DNA of 64,000 bases. Source: Rhizophagus irregularis (lineage: Eukaryota). Both the position numbers and the translations under genes were made by a program. This document shows, piece after piece, positions 51,988 to 64,000 of the stretch. Where the stretch lies: NCBI RefSeq assembly GCF_026210795.1, contig NC_089431.1:3782001-3846000 (forward strand). The letters run 5' to 3'. How positions within the stretch are numbered: the stretch's first letter is position 1; every line of letters begins with the position of its first letter. The notes under the pieces were generated by a model. The model searched no databases. It saw only the letters and a list, made by a program, of their open reading frames with translations, and had not been told where the DNA came from.

Positions 51988-52513
51988 TCTACATACTGTA
52001 TATCTTTATATTGGAAAGTGTCTGTGCGTCAGGACGTCAGGACGTCAGGTGCGTTGATTAGCAATTCCAAATTCAGCCTTATATCAAATTACTGCGATTG
52101 CGTGCGGATTACGTTAGGTATTTTTTCATAATTTATTTTATTTGTTTTATTTTTTTTTTTAAAAAAAAAATAACAATTAAAAAGAAATTTTTTTTCGATA
52201 TTAAAACTGAAATAAGGATAAGAATAATAATTAAAAAAAAAAAATTATTATTCGGTTTGAAACAAAAGAAAAAATAAGATTTAAAAAAAAGAAAATAAAA
52301 AACTAATTAACCAAATTATTTTAACATATTCAACTATAAGGAATAGATCGGGCGCAAACACATGCATCATACGCTTCATGTTACATAATTCAAATTATTG
52401 TCCTAAAAAGGACTTCAATGGTATATCATGTTTCACATTACACAATTCAATTTATTTATATATAAGGTTAATCTAAATGTCAAATGGGCCCCCCGGAAAA
52501 TCGTATATTCTAG
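51988..52513 (+). mobile_element. Possible short Helitron-like element upstream of copy 5
   Basis: 5' a|TCTACATACTGTATATC followed by (gtcaggac)n; 3' GC patch then CTAG|t; hairpin is poor. Confidence 0.4.
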
Positions 52514-52982
52514 TTATTTCAACAATAAGGACTAAAAGTAATAATTTCAAAAAAAAATTTCTTTTACGTTTTATATGTTATCAAAACTGTAAATTTGATC
52601 GATATGGTCGATACAATCTTATTCAGAACATTTTCAACCCAATCAAAATCATATAAATGTTTATAAAAATATAAATATGATTGATTTTTTTACAGTATAT
52701 TAATTTTTTTTTTATCTCAACGATAAATCATATTTATATAATTTATATATAAATAAATTAAGAAAAAAATAAATTTAAAAATGTAATAAAGATAGAATCT
52801 AATCCATCAATTGTTGTATATTCTTCCAAATTGTATGTACTCGCAATGTTTTTTCCGAGATGTCTATCAAAAACGAGTAAGGAAATGAATTTCAGCTGAT
52901 CATCATTTGTTCAGGTGATAATCTAAAAATAATTTTTGTTATAAATTTACGTTAGCGACCATTTTTTTTTTTAATAGTTTAA

Positions 52983-53263
52983 TTCGTGATCCACGAGTCA
53001 ACTGCAAAGGATCTGCAGAAAATGGGATCTGGCGTGGCGTCAAATAAAAGAAAAAAATTATGTGAGAAATTTATTTTAAAAATAAATTATTTGAAACTTT
53101 GGGATAAATATTATGTATTAAAATATGTCAGAGTCGAATGGGTTTACATGAAGAGCATTACTTAAGGAATGAAAACCGGGTATCAGAAAAAGATTACTAA
53201 TGATCGACATAAATTTGCGCCAAAATCATATGAATTTTTTGCAGTTGGCTCACGGATCACGAA
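52983..53263. mobile_element. TTAA-flanked MITE
   Basis: ttaa|ttcgtgatccacgagtcaactgcaaa ... tttgcagttggctcacggatcacgaa|ttaa. Confidence 0.85.
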
Positions 53264-54962
53264 TTAACTTAAATTCAAGTGTTTTAAGATTTTCTTCAAG
53301 GTGAGTGACTGTTCTAACGCCAATTAGGAGAGGTAATTTCAGGTTTTTGTTGAGCCCAATTTAAAGCAACATAATTTACAAATGAGGAAAATATATAAAC
53401 CTGTAATTTTTATAAAAGATTGAATGTAGGAGTTCTATAAAATTTTCCAATTTTTTTCGATTTTTGAATGTTTTGCAACTGATAAACCGCGACTCCGCGA
53501 GATTCTGGTTTTAAAGCAGCAGCTGATTCTCTCGTATATTTTCCGATAAGAAAACTATTATAAAACAATTAATTAATATAATGTTATATATTTTAAAAAC
53601 ATAAAAAAAAATGATTTATTACCCTTCGGCAACGATACTCTTTCGAGAATATGAGACTATTCTTAATAGTGATAAAATTCCAAAAATTTCGTTACCACGT
53701 TTGTTTCACTTCATTAATTATTTAAGTATGAGATTGATTTTCGTAAAATTTCATTGAATTTTTTTTAGTAATTTAAAGTATTGAAATAAATCAAATGATT
53801 CCCCCTATAAAAAAGAGATTATAAAAATATTTTGAATTTATAATATCTTTTTTTTTATACATATAGTTCTTTCGAGATAATTTCATATTAACTGTTGAAA
53901 TGATTAAAAATATTAATACTTAAAAAAAAAATTTAGTAATCTTCAAAATTCCGGAAAATAATTGAATATAAGAATGAATACCGACAAAATATTACGCTTT
54001 TTTTATTCCCTCAAAATCCACAAAATCAGAGATGAGAGGTGGGAAACGCCTCTCTAGTTTTTACTTAAAATCATACAATTATGTTGATAAATAAAAATTT
54101 TGCCATAAGTTGAAAGGTTCGGGCTGGTTCTGTATAGATTTTTTAAAATGATCAAATTATGACCATCCCTACTTAAAATTCTTAAGAAATTTCCATTTTA
54201 AACATATTACTATTACTAAGTTACTCTCCAATTGAATTAAAATTTTGTTCAAACTTTTTATTATTTTTAATCAATTAAGGTTGTAAGTAGGCGATTAATT
54301 CTTGATGTAAATTAACTGGCGATAATCAAGATCCAAAGCATCATATTCTTCTTTTCGTATGCAAGTTACAAACATAATGTTTCATATCATAGTAGTGTAT
54401 TTAAATTTTGTCACCAGATAAATTAGATAAATTATTGGTGAAACGCATTAAAATACAAAATAATATAGTATCGAAAATTTGAGTAAAATATTTATTAATA
54501 AAGTACACGTAATAATTTGAAGAGTTTCGGAGCATTTCGAACGTAATAATTTGAAACAATTACGATATCATAATTCCACGGAGCACTTCGAACGTAATGC
54601 TTCGGAACAATTACGATTATAGCTCTAATTCGGTTTCGGTCGGCGCTTGGTCACAAATTGGGCAAATTCAATTTTATTAGTGATTCTGGGTCCGTAACCA
54701 AATTTAATTGGGCTATAATTAAATATTTGGTCAGAATAGTGTTAATATTTTAAAATGAATAATATTCCGACCAGAATTATAAGTTTTTAATTTTACTCAT
54801 TTTTTCATACATTCTTACAAATCTATATTTGACTTTAAATATTGATTTCAAAATATTTAATAATAATAATAAGAGACATTTAACTTTATTAACTTATTTT
54901 TTTTTTATTATTTTTCAATTCAAGTTAAAGGGAATTTTCTCACCCGAAATCTAAACTATATT

Positions 54963-57127
54963 TTATCTTTTTATAACTTGAAATAATTCGTATTCTTCTA
55001 CAGAAAATTCACCATTGGCACATGTATGACATTTTGCAAAGAAGCAGATTAATTCACAATAGTCACAAAAAGTAGGATGCAAGTAATCCGACCCTAATTC
55101 ATTATGATGACGAAATTAATAAAATATTATTTTATATAATAGGATAAAAATAATTCAAAAGATTTGGTAGTACATACCAGAATTATAATTGTCAATGCTT
55201 GGATATACAAAAGGTTGAAACATATGATTATTTGGATGATCATGAATATTGGACTTACAATCCTGACACAAATCATAATTTTGACAAAATGTACACTTCC
55301 ATCTCATTCCATGGATAGTTTTGTTACAGTTATCACACACTATACATGATGCACAGCAAATTCTATAAGATAACATAAAGAAGTTATTAATAATTTAAAA
55401 GTTTTAGTATTAGAGAACGCTATGATTAAAAAAGACTTGATAATACGTACGAGGAGCACGAGAGGAAGTGCTTGAATGTGGTTCAGGCTGGAACGCATGA
55501 TCATCCGGATGACAATGAATTTCTGATTTGGGCTTACAATCTTGACATAAATCATAATCATCACAGGATGTACATCTCCATCTTATTCCACGGATAGTAT
55601 AGTTACAGCAATCACATTTGACACCATAATGCAAGTAAGGTTCTGTAAGAATTATAAAGAGATTATAATTTATTATAAAAAATTTTGGCTAAAGGTAACT
55701 AATTAATTTTACCTGAAGGAGCACTTCTGATTGGCATTTCATAACTATCTTTTACACAGTGTCCACTATCGCCCCGCAAAATAAGGTCAGCCCCACCAAA
55801 TGACGGTCCATAAGTATGGTCGTTAAAAATAGCATAATTTCTTTTTACAATACGACTTAAGATGTGTTCGTTGATATCATCACCATTCTTAAAAGAGAAT
55901 ATAAAACTATCCTTAGTAGCATCATAATTACGATCAGATTTCCATTCAATTGGATTATATCCTCCAAGAATTTGGTTATTACCTTTTACTTTAATAATTG
56001 TTACAGTGCAAGATCGATTATCACAAATCTCATGAAATTTATTAGATTCAAACCCATCACGAGTTCCACGAAGAATTAATTTGAATTCATGTAAAGAAGT
56101 TGATTTATCTGTAATATCTAACTTATCAATCCATTTTGAAATTAACTCAATATGTTGAAATGTAATAATTTCTGAATCAATATTTTTTAAGTTATCAGTT
56201 AGTTTACTATCAGGATGTAAATTTAAAATTTTTTTCAATAAATCCTTGTATAATTCCTTTGGTAAAATTTTCTTATAAGGTAATACTTCTTCAGAAAATT
56301 CTCTAAAACTTATATTACTAAATTTAATAAAAGGAATGAGTTGTTGTAAAGTATTCTTTAATACATTGAAATCTTCTTTTGAAAAGGTTGCAGGATCAGT
56401 AGGAAGTTCAGGATTCTGCGCAAGTCCCCATTTAATCAGATATTTCCAAACTTGAATTTCGCTCATTTGAAGATTATTATTTTGAACAATTGAAATTGAA
56501 AGTTTTTCCGGAATTGAAGAGAAATTCATTGATTTAAGAATCTTATCTGGTCCTTTTGAAATTAAGTCAGTGCAATAATTTTGAAGTTCCAAGAAAGAAT
56601 CATTTTCGAAACTTGTTTGATATACAAGATTAAAATTTTGTTCCATCCAATTTTTATTATTTTTAATTATATAAAGTTGTAAATAACTGACTAATTCTTG
56701 AAGATTAAGCTCATTAGCGGCAATCAAAATTTTAATAATATCTGGAGTGTCACATTCCTTCAAAGAAAGTCTTCCTCCGTAAATATATCTGAATAAAAAA
56801 CATTTTTAAATAAATTTAAAAAAATCGTATATATTTATAAAATAATAACCTTATTTAATGTATTACATACCTTAGAATTATTTGGAAAATTTCAGGTAAG
56901 ATATTTGGTAATTTAATATGTACCAAAATTTCATCATTTTTCTTTTTATTTGTTGACAAAATTCTTCGTAAATAATTAGAACGATAGTTCAGAATGACCA
57001 TGTGAGCACGGAATACTTTTACGTAAGGGTCATTACCAACTTCGATAGTAATATCATAATATTCATCATCATCCAAAATTTTAAGTAAATTTTGTGATAA
57101 TTTTGGTAAAAATTTATCATCATCCAT
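54963..57127 (-). pseudogene. BTB-BACK-TLDc/ZZ copy 6 with a 1-bp deletion in exon 4 (second ZZ)
   Basis: Exons 57127-56871, 56788-55713, 55642-55451, 55362-55178 (185 nt, not a multiple of 3), 55093-54963; CAT CAT GT ATA versus CAT CAT GGT AT(A/T) gives an immediate TAG. Confidence 0.75.
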
Positions 57128-60001
57128 TATAATTAATTTTTTTTAAAAAAAAGAAAAAGTTCCAAGAAATTCTATTTCCGCAGATCTGCCGCTGTTACAC
57201 TAGTGTGGGAAGTGGGAACGAATTTTTTAGTCGTAAAAAAAGTTTGAAATGGAACCTTATTTATTTAAGATTTTATGATGATCCATCCATAATCAGCAGA
57301 AGCAATGAGACTTTATATTACTGCGGATTTACGTGCCTTAGAACGAGAACGATTTCTGGTCGGTTACTGAAAATAATCAAAGAACGGAACGCGATAATTT
57401 CGATCAAAAAATATACAAATGGTGGATTTATTAAAAATTGCACTGACATGACTTGAAATAGTCAATGATTTTAGCACTTCTATAGGTAATTTCAGCCAGA
57501 ATTTATTGTTCTTTAGATACTGACTGGCATTATCGTAATTCCGGCCCCGAAATTATACGTACGGTAATAGATAGTTTTCAATAGAAAGATTTACGTATTA
57601 CGTAAATATATGATTCTCGAGTTTGAAAAAAAAAATATTTTAATATTATACAGACATTAAAAAATTTTTAATATACGAAATAGGCATTTCATCAATTTTA
57701 AAGAAAATTGATAAAGATTAGACTTAATACTGTTAAATTATTATTTTTGCAGCACCTAAAATAGGATGACAAAAATTGATGTTAATTTTGAAAGGTGAGA
57801 CGAATAGTTGTGTGGACATTTGGCGGCGGTGTGTAACATAATGTATGTGAAGCGTACTCAGGTGATGAATAGTATCTCGGCCCACTCTGAATCACGTGTT
57901 TGACCCGTCGTGTTATTTATCACTTGAATAAACTGTCACATAGGGGACCGTACTCCACTCATCATCCCCACCGGACTCCACAACTTTCCGTATCACTCAA
58001 TTTTGAATTAAGGCGACATAATCAAGTCATAATAAAAAGAACGTTATTTTACTCATATCAAATATGGTGATATGAAGATGTATTTTTCTATTTGAATTTT
58101 TTTTCACTTCAAAGACAAAGCCAATGAAATTGAAAGAGAATTTGGTATTAACATTTATGTGACATCTTTTTTAAGAACATATTGATGAGAGAGGCTACAA
58201 TAAAAAATTTTATTTTCTTTTGTTTGGATAAATTAAGAATACGGGATTTTATAAGTGTTATTAATCATTGGAAAAAAACTTCGCAATATATAAAAATATT
58301 ACAATATGTCTGCTTTTAAATTCTAATTGTAAATTTCGTTGTGTATTACGTTCAGGATTATTCATGAATGATAATTGCTCGCTTAAATACTACAAGTATT
58401 CATATTTATTTATTTGTATTTCGATTCTAAAAGAATTCGAATGGATGATAAGAAAAATGCGATAAAGCTACTGATTTTAGTATAAATTTTATTACCAATA
58501 TATATATATGATGTATAATAATTAATAATTAAAAGTTTCCTTGATCAATTAATACACTCGTTTGAACTTTCAGTACTAGATTATAATAAAAAGAAAATGA
58601 TACATAATAAAATTAAATGAAATTAATGTTAGGTTCTTCAAAGATAATTTAACCAATAAGTTAACGCGTGTATTAAAGGTGGAAATGTGAATAAATTGTT
58701 TTTGGCTCCTTTTTATATTTCAGATTGGCAACGCAATTGCATCAATGAAAGAGCGATAATTTCAATCAAATCGTGTTGTTTGCATCACATGCATTTTTTT
58801 TAGCGTAGATTTCGGATAAACTCTAGCTTAATAAATATAATATTTATTCATACACCATGCAGGTGTTTTTTATTGCCGAAGAGAATATAACTAAAGATCG
58901 AGAACATTACATTACGACTAAATAAAAATACTAATTAATAATCATCAAGCGAATAAACTTAACTTGGACTCGAACAAAATATTTAGCCATCGGGTATTTT
59001 TTTTACGTTAACGGATAAATATTAATATTTTTCGTATACTTTTAATTCAAATTTTGAATAATTTATCGTATGTTTAATTACAAATTCCCGAATATTATAT
59101 AAAATGCTCACATACTTGACATAAAAGTTAAGTCGCACATATTAATTGCATAATTGTATACGTGATACAGTACATTCAGTTTATACGAAGACAATTATGT
59201 ATTAGTTTTTTTCCTTTATTGGCAATAAACATATTTGTACTCCTAAAATCATAGTGTATTTTTAAAATAACGATAATAAAATATAATAAACGGGTAGTCG
59301 GGCAGTGATAAATTCTCTCTTTACCTAACAATAGAATCGTTCTTAAAATAAAATAACATTTTTGAGTTTTTCGAGTTTTTTAATTTGTAAATTATAATAT
59401 ATCGGAGTTTTTTTCAGAATTTTTTTTATAGGGTAATAGGGGTAATAGAGTGTTTGAACATGATCAAAATAAAACGCCACCATAACGCCCATCTGCATTT
59501 CAATACAGTTATAATGTTATAATAAAAATGACTTAACATAATAAAATGGCATTATTTTCGTGACCTTTTTGCTACTTGAAATTTAACATCCTTACTACGC
59601 CGCTTCTTCTTATTTGAAACTGTCTTATAACACTCATCACAATAGTGGTAATATATTTCATACACGCTAACTCTTTCAGATTCATAGAATTCAACTGGTA
59701 CTTTTCCACACTAAAAGCAAATGTCTTCAAATAAACCACTTGAATAATAGGAACTTCTAGTTTTAGAACGAAGCAATTATTATCGGCATATAAGATTTTA
59801 TTTTTTAAAAAAAAAGTGGCAGAAGATAGATTTTACAATCTTATCTTTATTTGTAATACTACAAAATACATATAAAAAAATTTACATATGAAAAAAAAAA
59901 CCCCGGGTGACCGTGTAAATTTTAAAATTTTATGTCACAAGAATCTAAAAATTAATTTTGCCTGGCCTAATACTAAATATTATTAATGTCATACTCGTAT
60001 T

Positions 60002-61872
60002 TATACTTGCCACCCATATTAAATGGGATGGGAGAATCCCCTATCCCATCCCATCCCATATCCCATCCCTTTTGCCAAAATCCCCTCCCATTTGCCAAAA
60101 TCCCATCCCAATCCCAAATCCCAATCCCACCCATATCCCATATCCCTTATCCCATCCCTTATCCCAAATAATCTCATTGGTCAATTATCACGTGACGTTA
60201 CACAAATTTCCAAAAAAGGAAATTTTTCTTCCCGCAAAAATTGAGAGATTTTGGTTTCACAAGTATTCCAAAAAAGGAAATTTTTACGCCGATCATATAA
60301 TTCTGGCCAGCATTGCATCCATTACCAGCAGGGATGGGCGTTAATTAACCATGGTTAATTAACCGTTAATTATGTTACTTATAATTAGTTTAAAATGGTT
60401 AATTAACCATTACTTTAAATCAACCAATAAAAATGCAGAATTTAAGTCATGTGATTTTAATTATAATTTGATAATTATTGGTAAAAAATGGTATAGTCTG
60501 TGATAGTGATAATAGTACTATACTTGAATTTGAATCAAATGTAATAAGTTTAGATGATGAAGAATAAATAAAATATATAAGATTTATTATAATCATTTTA
60601 ATAAATAAATAAATTTCATTGTTTTATTTTATTATTTATAAAAAATTAATATATTAGTTAACTATAGGTTAATTAACCGTTAATTAACCGTTAATTAACC
60701 AGTTAATTAACCAAATTTATAATTAACCGTTACTTTCCCATCCCTAATTACCAGAATATGAGCAAAATTAAGATCCTGAACAGATTTACGAAGTTTATAT
60801 TTTAACTCCGGCAGGAATTACAAATTATAAAGGTTTAAATCCTTATCCTACAAACCCAATTTTTAAGAGATTTACTGATCAGATTTTAATGAAATTTATA
60901 TCTTTGGATTCGTCTTGATGCAAGGAATTAAATAGTAGTGAAATCATATTTCTAAAATTAATATTGACTGATTTATTATAAAAAATGTATTTTTATACTA
61001 TATATTATTTGAAAGTAACATGTTAGCAGTTAGTATTCAGTAATATATTGATTATTTTATTTGAATTAATAATTTTGATGATATCTGCTGATATTGTTTT
61101 TTTAGATTAACAGTAAATTAATTCCTGGTTTGTAAATATTATTTTATTAAATATTTATGCAATAATAATAATATCTATCAAATTATATATATTAGAAATA
61201 AATAATCAAACTTTTTTTGATGAATTAATAGATAGGTTTAAGTTAATTCAAAGTTAAATTGTAATAAAAAATATAAAATAATAAATTGAATAAATATATT
61301 TTAAAAACTTTTTATATTAAAAGTAACCAATTATTGCTTGCTTTATACATGTTATTTAATAATATATATTATAAAATACATTTTTTATAATAACTTAGTC
61401 AATATTAATGTTGGGATATAATTTCACTGCCATTAAATTCCTTGCATCGAGACAAATCCAATGATATAAATTTCATTAAAATCTGATCGGTAAATCTCTT
61501 AAAAATTGGGGTATGTAGGATAAGGATTTAAACTAAATTCTGACCTGAATTAACATTAGACTTCGAAAACTAAAATATTACGGCCGGAATTATATGATCG
61601 GCATAGAAATTTCCTTTTTTGGAATACTTGTGAAACCAAATCCGCCCATTTTTTGCGGGAGGCAAAATTTCCTTTTTTGGAAGTTTGTGTAACGTCACGT
61701 GATAATTGGCCAATGGGAGAAATGTTACACAAGTATTTGGGATTTGGGATGGGATTTGGGATTTGGGATGGGATGGGATTTGGGATTGGGATTTGGGATG
61801 GGATGGGATATGGGATGGGAGGGGAGGGGATGGGAGGGGATGGGAGGGGATTTTAAATGGGCGGCAAGTATA
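60002..61872. mobile_element. 1871-bp non-autonomous hAT/foldback element with long inverted arms
   Basis: TIRs tatacttgcc(a/g)cccat; 8-bp TSD ctcgtatt at 59994-60001 and 61873-61880; (atccc)/(gggat) subterminal arrays; arm homology extends to about 61010 versus 61370. Confidence 0.92.
60329..60746. mobile_element. Nested 418-bp hAT MITE
   Basis: TIRs cagggatggg / cccatcccta; 8-bp TSD attaccag at 60321-60328 and 60747-60754; gttaattaacc repeats. Confidence 0.92.
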
Positions 61873-64000
61873 CTCGTATTCTTTCGAGATATAATCTAAA
61901 AAAAAATATGTTTTTATTCATTATTAAATCATTCATATTTTTAAAAGATAGTACAGTAGCGACATTTATAATACGCACCTTGTGAACCTATCAAAGATGA
62001 ATTAATAAATGGAATAAAGGAGTTCAATGATCTACTTATATAAAACGCTTTTGAATGAGGTTTCTCGGTAAATTCAGGACCGAGCTTCTTTAATTCTATT
62101 GATTTTAATCTTTTTACTTCAGCTTGATTAAAATTTTCATAATCTCCTTGTAAAAATGCCCACGCATAAGTAACTTCAAGAATTTCTTTTGCAGAAGGTC
62201 TTTTTAAAGGATCAGAATTCCAACATTTTTTCATTAAATTAGCATAACAAACAGGAGTATCATCTGTGATGTTGGGGGTTTTTCCATCAATAATTTTATA
62301 GATAAGTTCCGTATTATGTTCAATATTATCAAAAGGTTTGCAACCCGTCGTAAGTTCCCACATAATCATACCCATACTATATATATCAGAATTCTTTGAA
62401 AATGTAACGCCTTGGAATATTTCTGGTGCGATGTAAGGTATTACTCCGTATATTTCATTATTTAATGAAGTACTATTTGCAGGTTGTGATAATCCTAAAT
62501 CGCCGATTTTCCACTTACTAGATGATTCAGTTTCTAACAACATATTTCCGCTGTGTAAGTCACGATGTATAAAATTTACCTCATGAATAGTATGAAGCCT
62601 GAAAATAAAATAAATTAATGTATATTTTAAATATAAAAGAAAATGATAATTACCATATTTAAAAGATGTATATTTACCCTGCCGAAATTTGCCACAAGAT
62701 ATAAAGCTTTTTATTCCAAATGATATCTTTAAAATTTTTTTGTAAATAATCATGTAAATTACCACCTGACGCATATTTCATTATTAACATATAATCTTTA
62801 GTTTCAGGTTCTCTCGTAATACCATGATAATTAATTATATGATCAAATTTGTTATAACATTGATAAAGTGACTTTATCTAAAGAAATGTATAGTTAGATT
62901 AATAAAAAACTGTAATATTTATATCAAAGTAAATGAATAAGTAATAACTTCATTTACCTCATTTAAAAAATATTTGTCCATATTTTGTGAGTTTAAAAAC
63001 CTTTTTATAGCCACGGGTTTATTTTTTTCTCTAATGCTTAAAAAATCATCATATTGTGAACTAGCATCTAACCAAGTTGCTTTATAAATAATACCAAACC
63101 CTCCCTCAGCTATTTTTTTACAATTTGTAATTTGAGAATATGGTATCCATTCCATTATTGGTTTTGATAAAGCATTCTTAAGTTCATGTTTGATGTCATT
63201 ATACTTATCCAACGGATTACTACAATTTTCATAATCTTTGCGAATATCACTTATACAATTAATAATTTGATCGTTATTATTAATATTTAATCTTGTAGAA
63301 ACAAGAAATTCTTCTATATTTAAGTTTCCACTATTAATACTTGAAGTATCAATAGCTATGTATGTTGTTCTTTTACATTTCTTACATTGAGATTGATTTG
63401 TAATCCCGAAAATAATATTTGTTGTTAAACAATAACTGCATCCTGTGTAAATTATATAACAATGTAAACACCATTTTTGGCATTCGGGTTTAAATTCCAA
63501 CACTTTATCGCACACGACGCATAGATCAGAAGCGTCCCACCATGGTAAATAAAGAATTGGAATAGGTACTTTAGTCAATGCTGATTCTATCCATCCAGAA
63601 GATATTAAATAACAAAAAGAGCATAACGTAAGTTTGATATTATATTTCGAACTTATCATCAATTTTTCGCATAAGTTGCAGTATTTTTCACACTCGATAA
63701 TCTCACTATTAAAAGTGTCGTAGCGTATTAAAGAACATGTTGATGGAATTATTTGTTTAAAATACCATTTTTGTAAACTTGGCGTACCAAATTCTATATT
63801 TTTAATCGATTCATTTTCATATTTAATATTTGTACTTATTTGTATATCTAGGCACTTACTAGGATTATTATCAATAAACTTTTTTATACAATGTTCGCAA
63901 TATTTTTGTTTGAAAAAAGGCGTTTCGGAATATTCAACGTTACAATTACTACATTTATTCTCATTATTAAAAGAAATAAAACAAATAGGTACGTGACTAG
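61570..64000 (-). CDS. TKL-like protein kinase with Cys-rich N-terminal region (5' end outside the window; last exon runs into the hAT element)
   Basis: Frame open from 64000 to donor 62958; exons 62877-62678, 62598-61979, 61895-61570. Motifs IAEGGFGIIYKA, VAIK, HRDLHSGN, IGDLGLSQ, GVIPYIAPE, SDIYSMG and KRPSA. Confidence 0.85.

Noticed and set aside
57790..58010. GC-richer patch containing TGATGA...CTGA (C/D snoRNA-like)
   Set aside because: Boxes are only about 20 nt apart, with no terminal stem or recognisable guide
59958..60344. Pro-rich ORFs here and Gly/Trp-rich ORFs at 61653-61899; telomere-like GGGAT repeats
   Set aside because: Subterminal repeats of the hAT element, bounded by TIRs and a TSD; not TTAGGG telomere repeats and not independent genes

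Overview
Very AT-rich eukaryotic genomic DNA with GT-AG spliceosomal introns. The gene families present (BTB-BACK-TLDc, 'LHSCILVNRLWCRLAIPLLW' F-box, 'HRDLHSGN' TKL-like kinase) point to an arbuscular mycorrhizal fungus (Glomeromycota, Rhizophagus-like); this is an inference. The window is dominated by a local paralog array of six full-length 5-exon BTB/POZ-BACK-TLDc genes: 12228-14375+, 18300-20511+, 26401-28823-, 43330-45523+ (nonsense mutation), 49386-51814- and 54963-57127- (frameshift). Three relics of the family also remain. In each full-length copy, and in the 3' relic at 7987-8597, the TLDc domain is split. ZZ zinc fingers on symmetric phase-1 exons plus a Cys-rich half-finger sit between the TLDc 'YEKQIR' motif and its terminal 'FSVEEYEIFQ' strand. 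Two intronless F-box/LRR-like genes each lie between a convergent pair of these genes. The right end holds a kinase whose last exon is interrupted by a hAT foldback element that supplies a new ~100-aa tail. The rest is transposon-rich: a Tc1 element, hAT/MULE/pogo-type MITEs with target-site duplications, Helitron-like elements, LINE RT relics and a CCHC-knuckle retroelement relic. All exon models were read by eye and lack transcript support.
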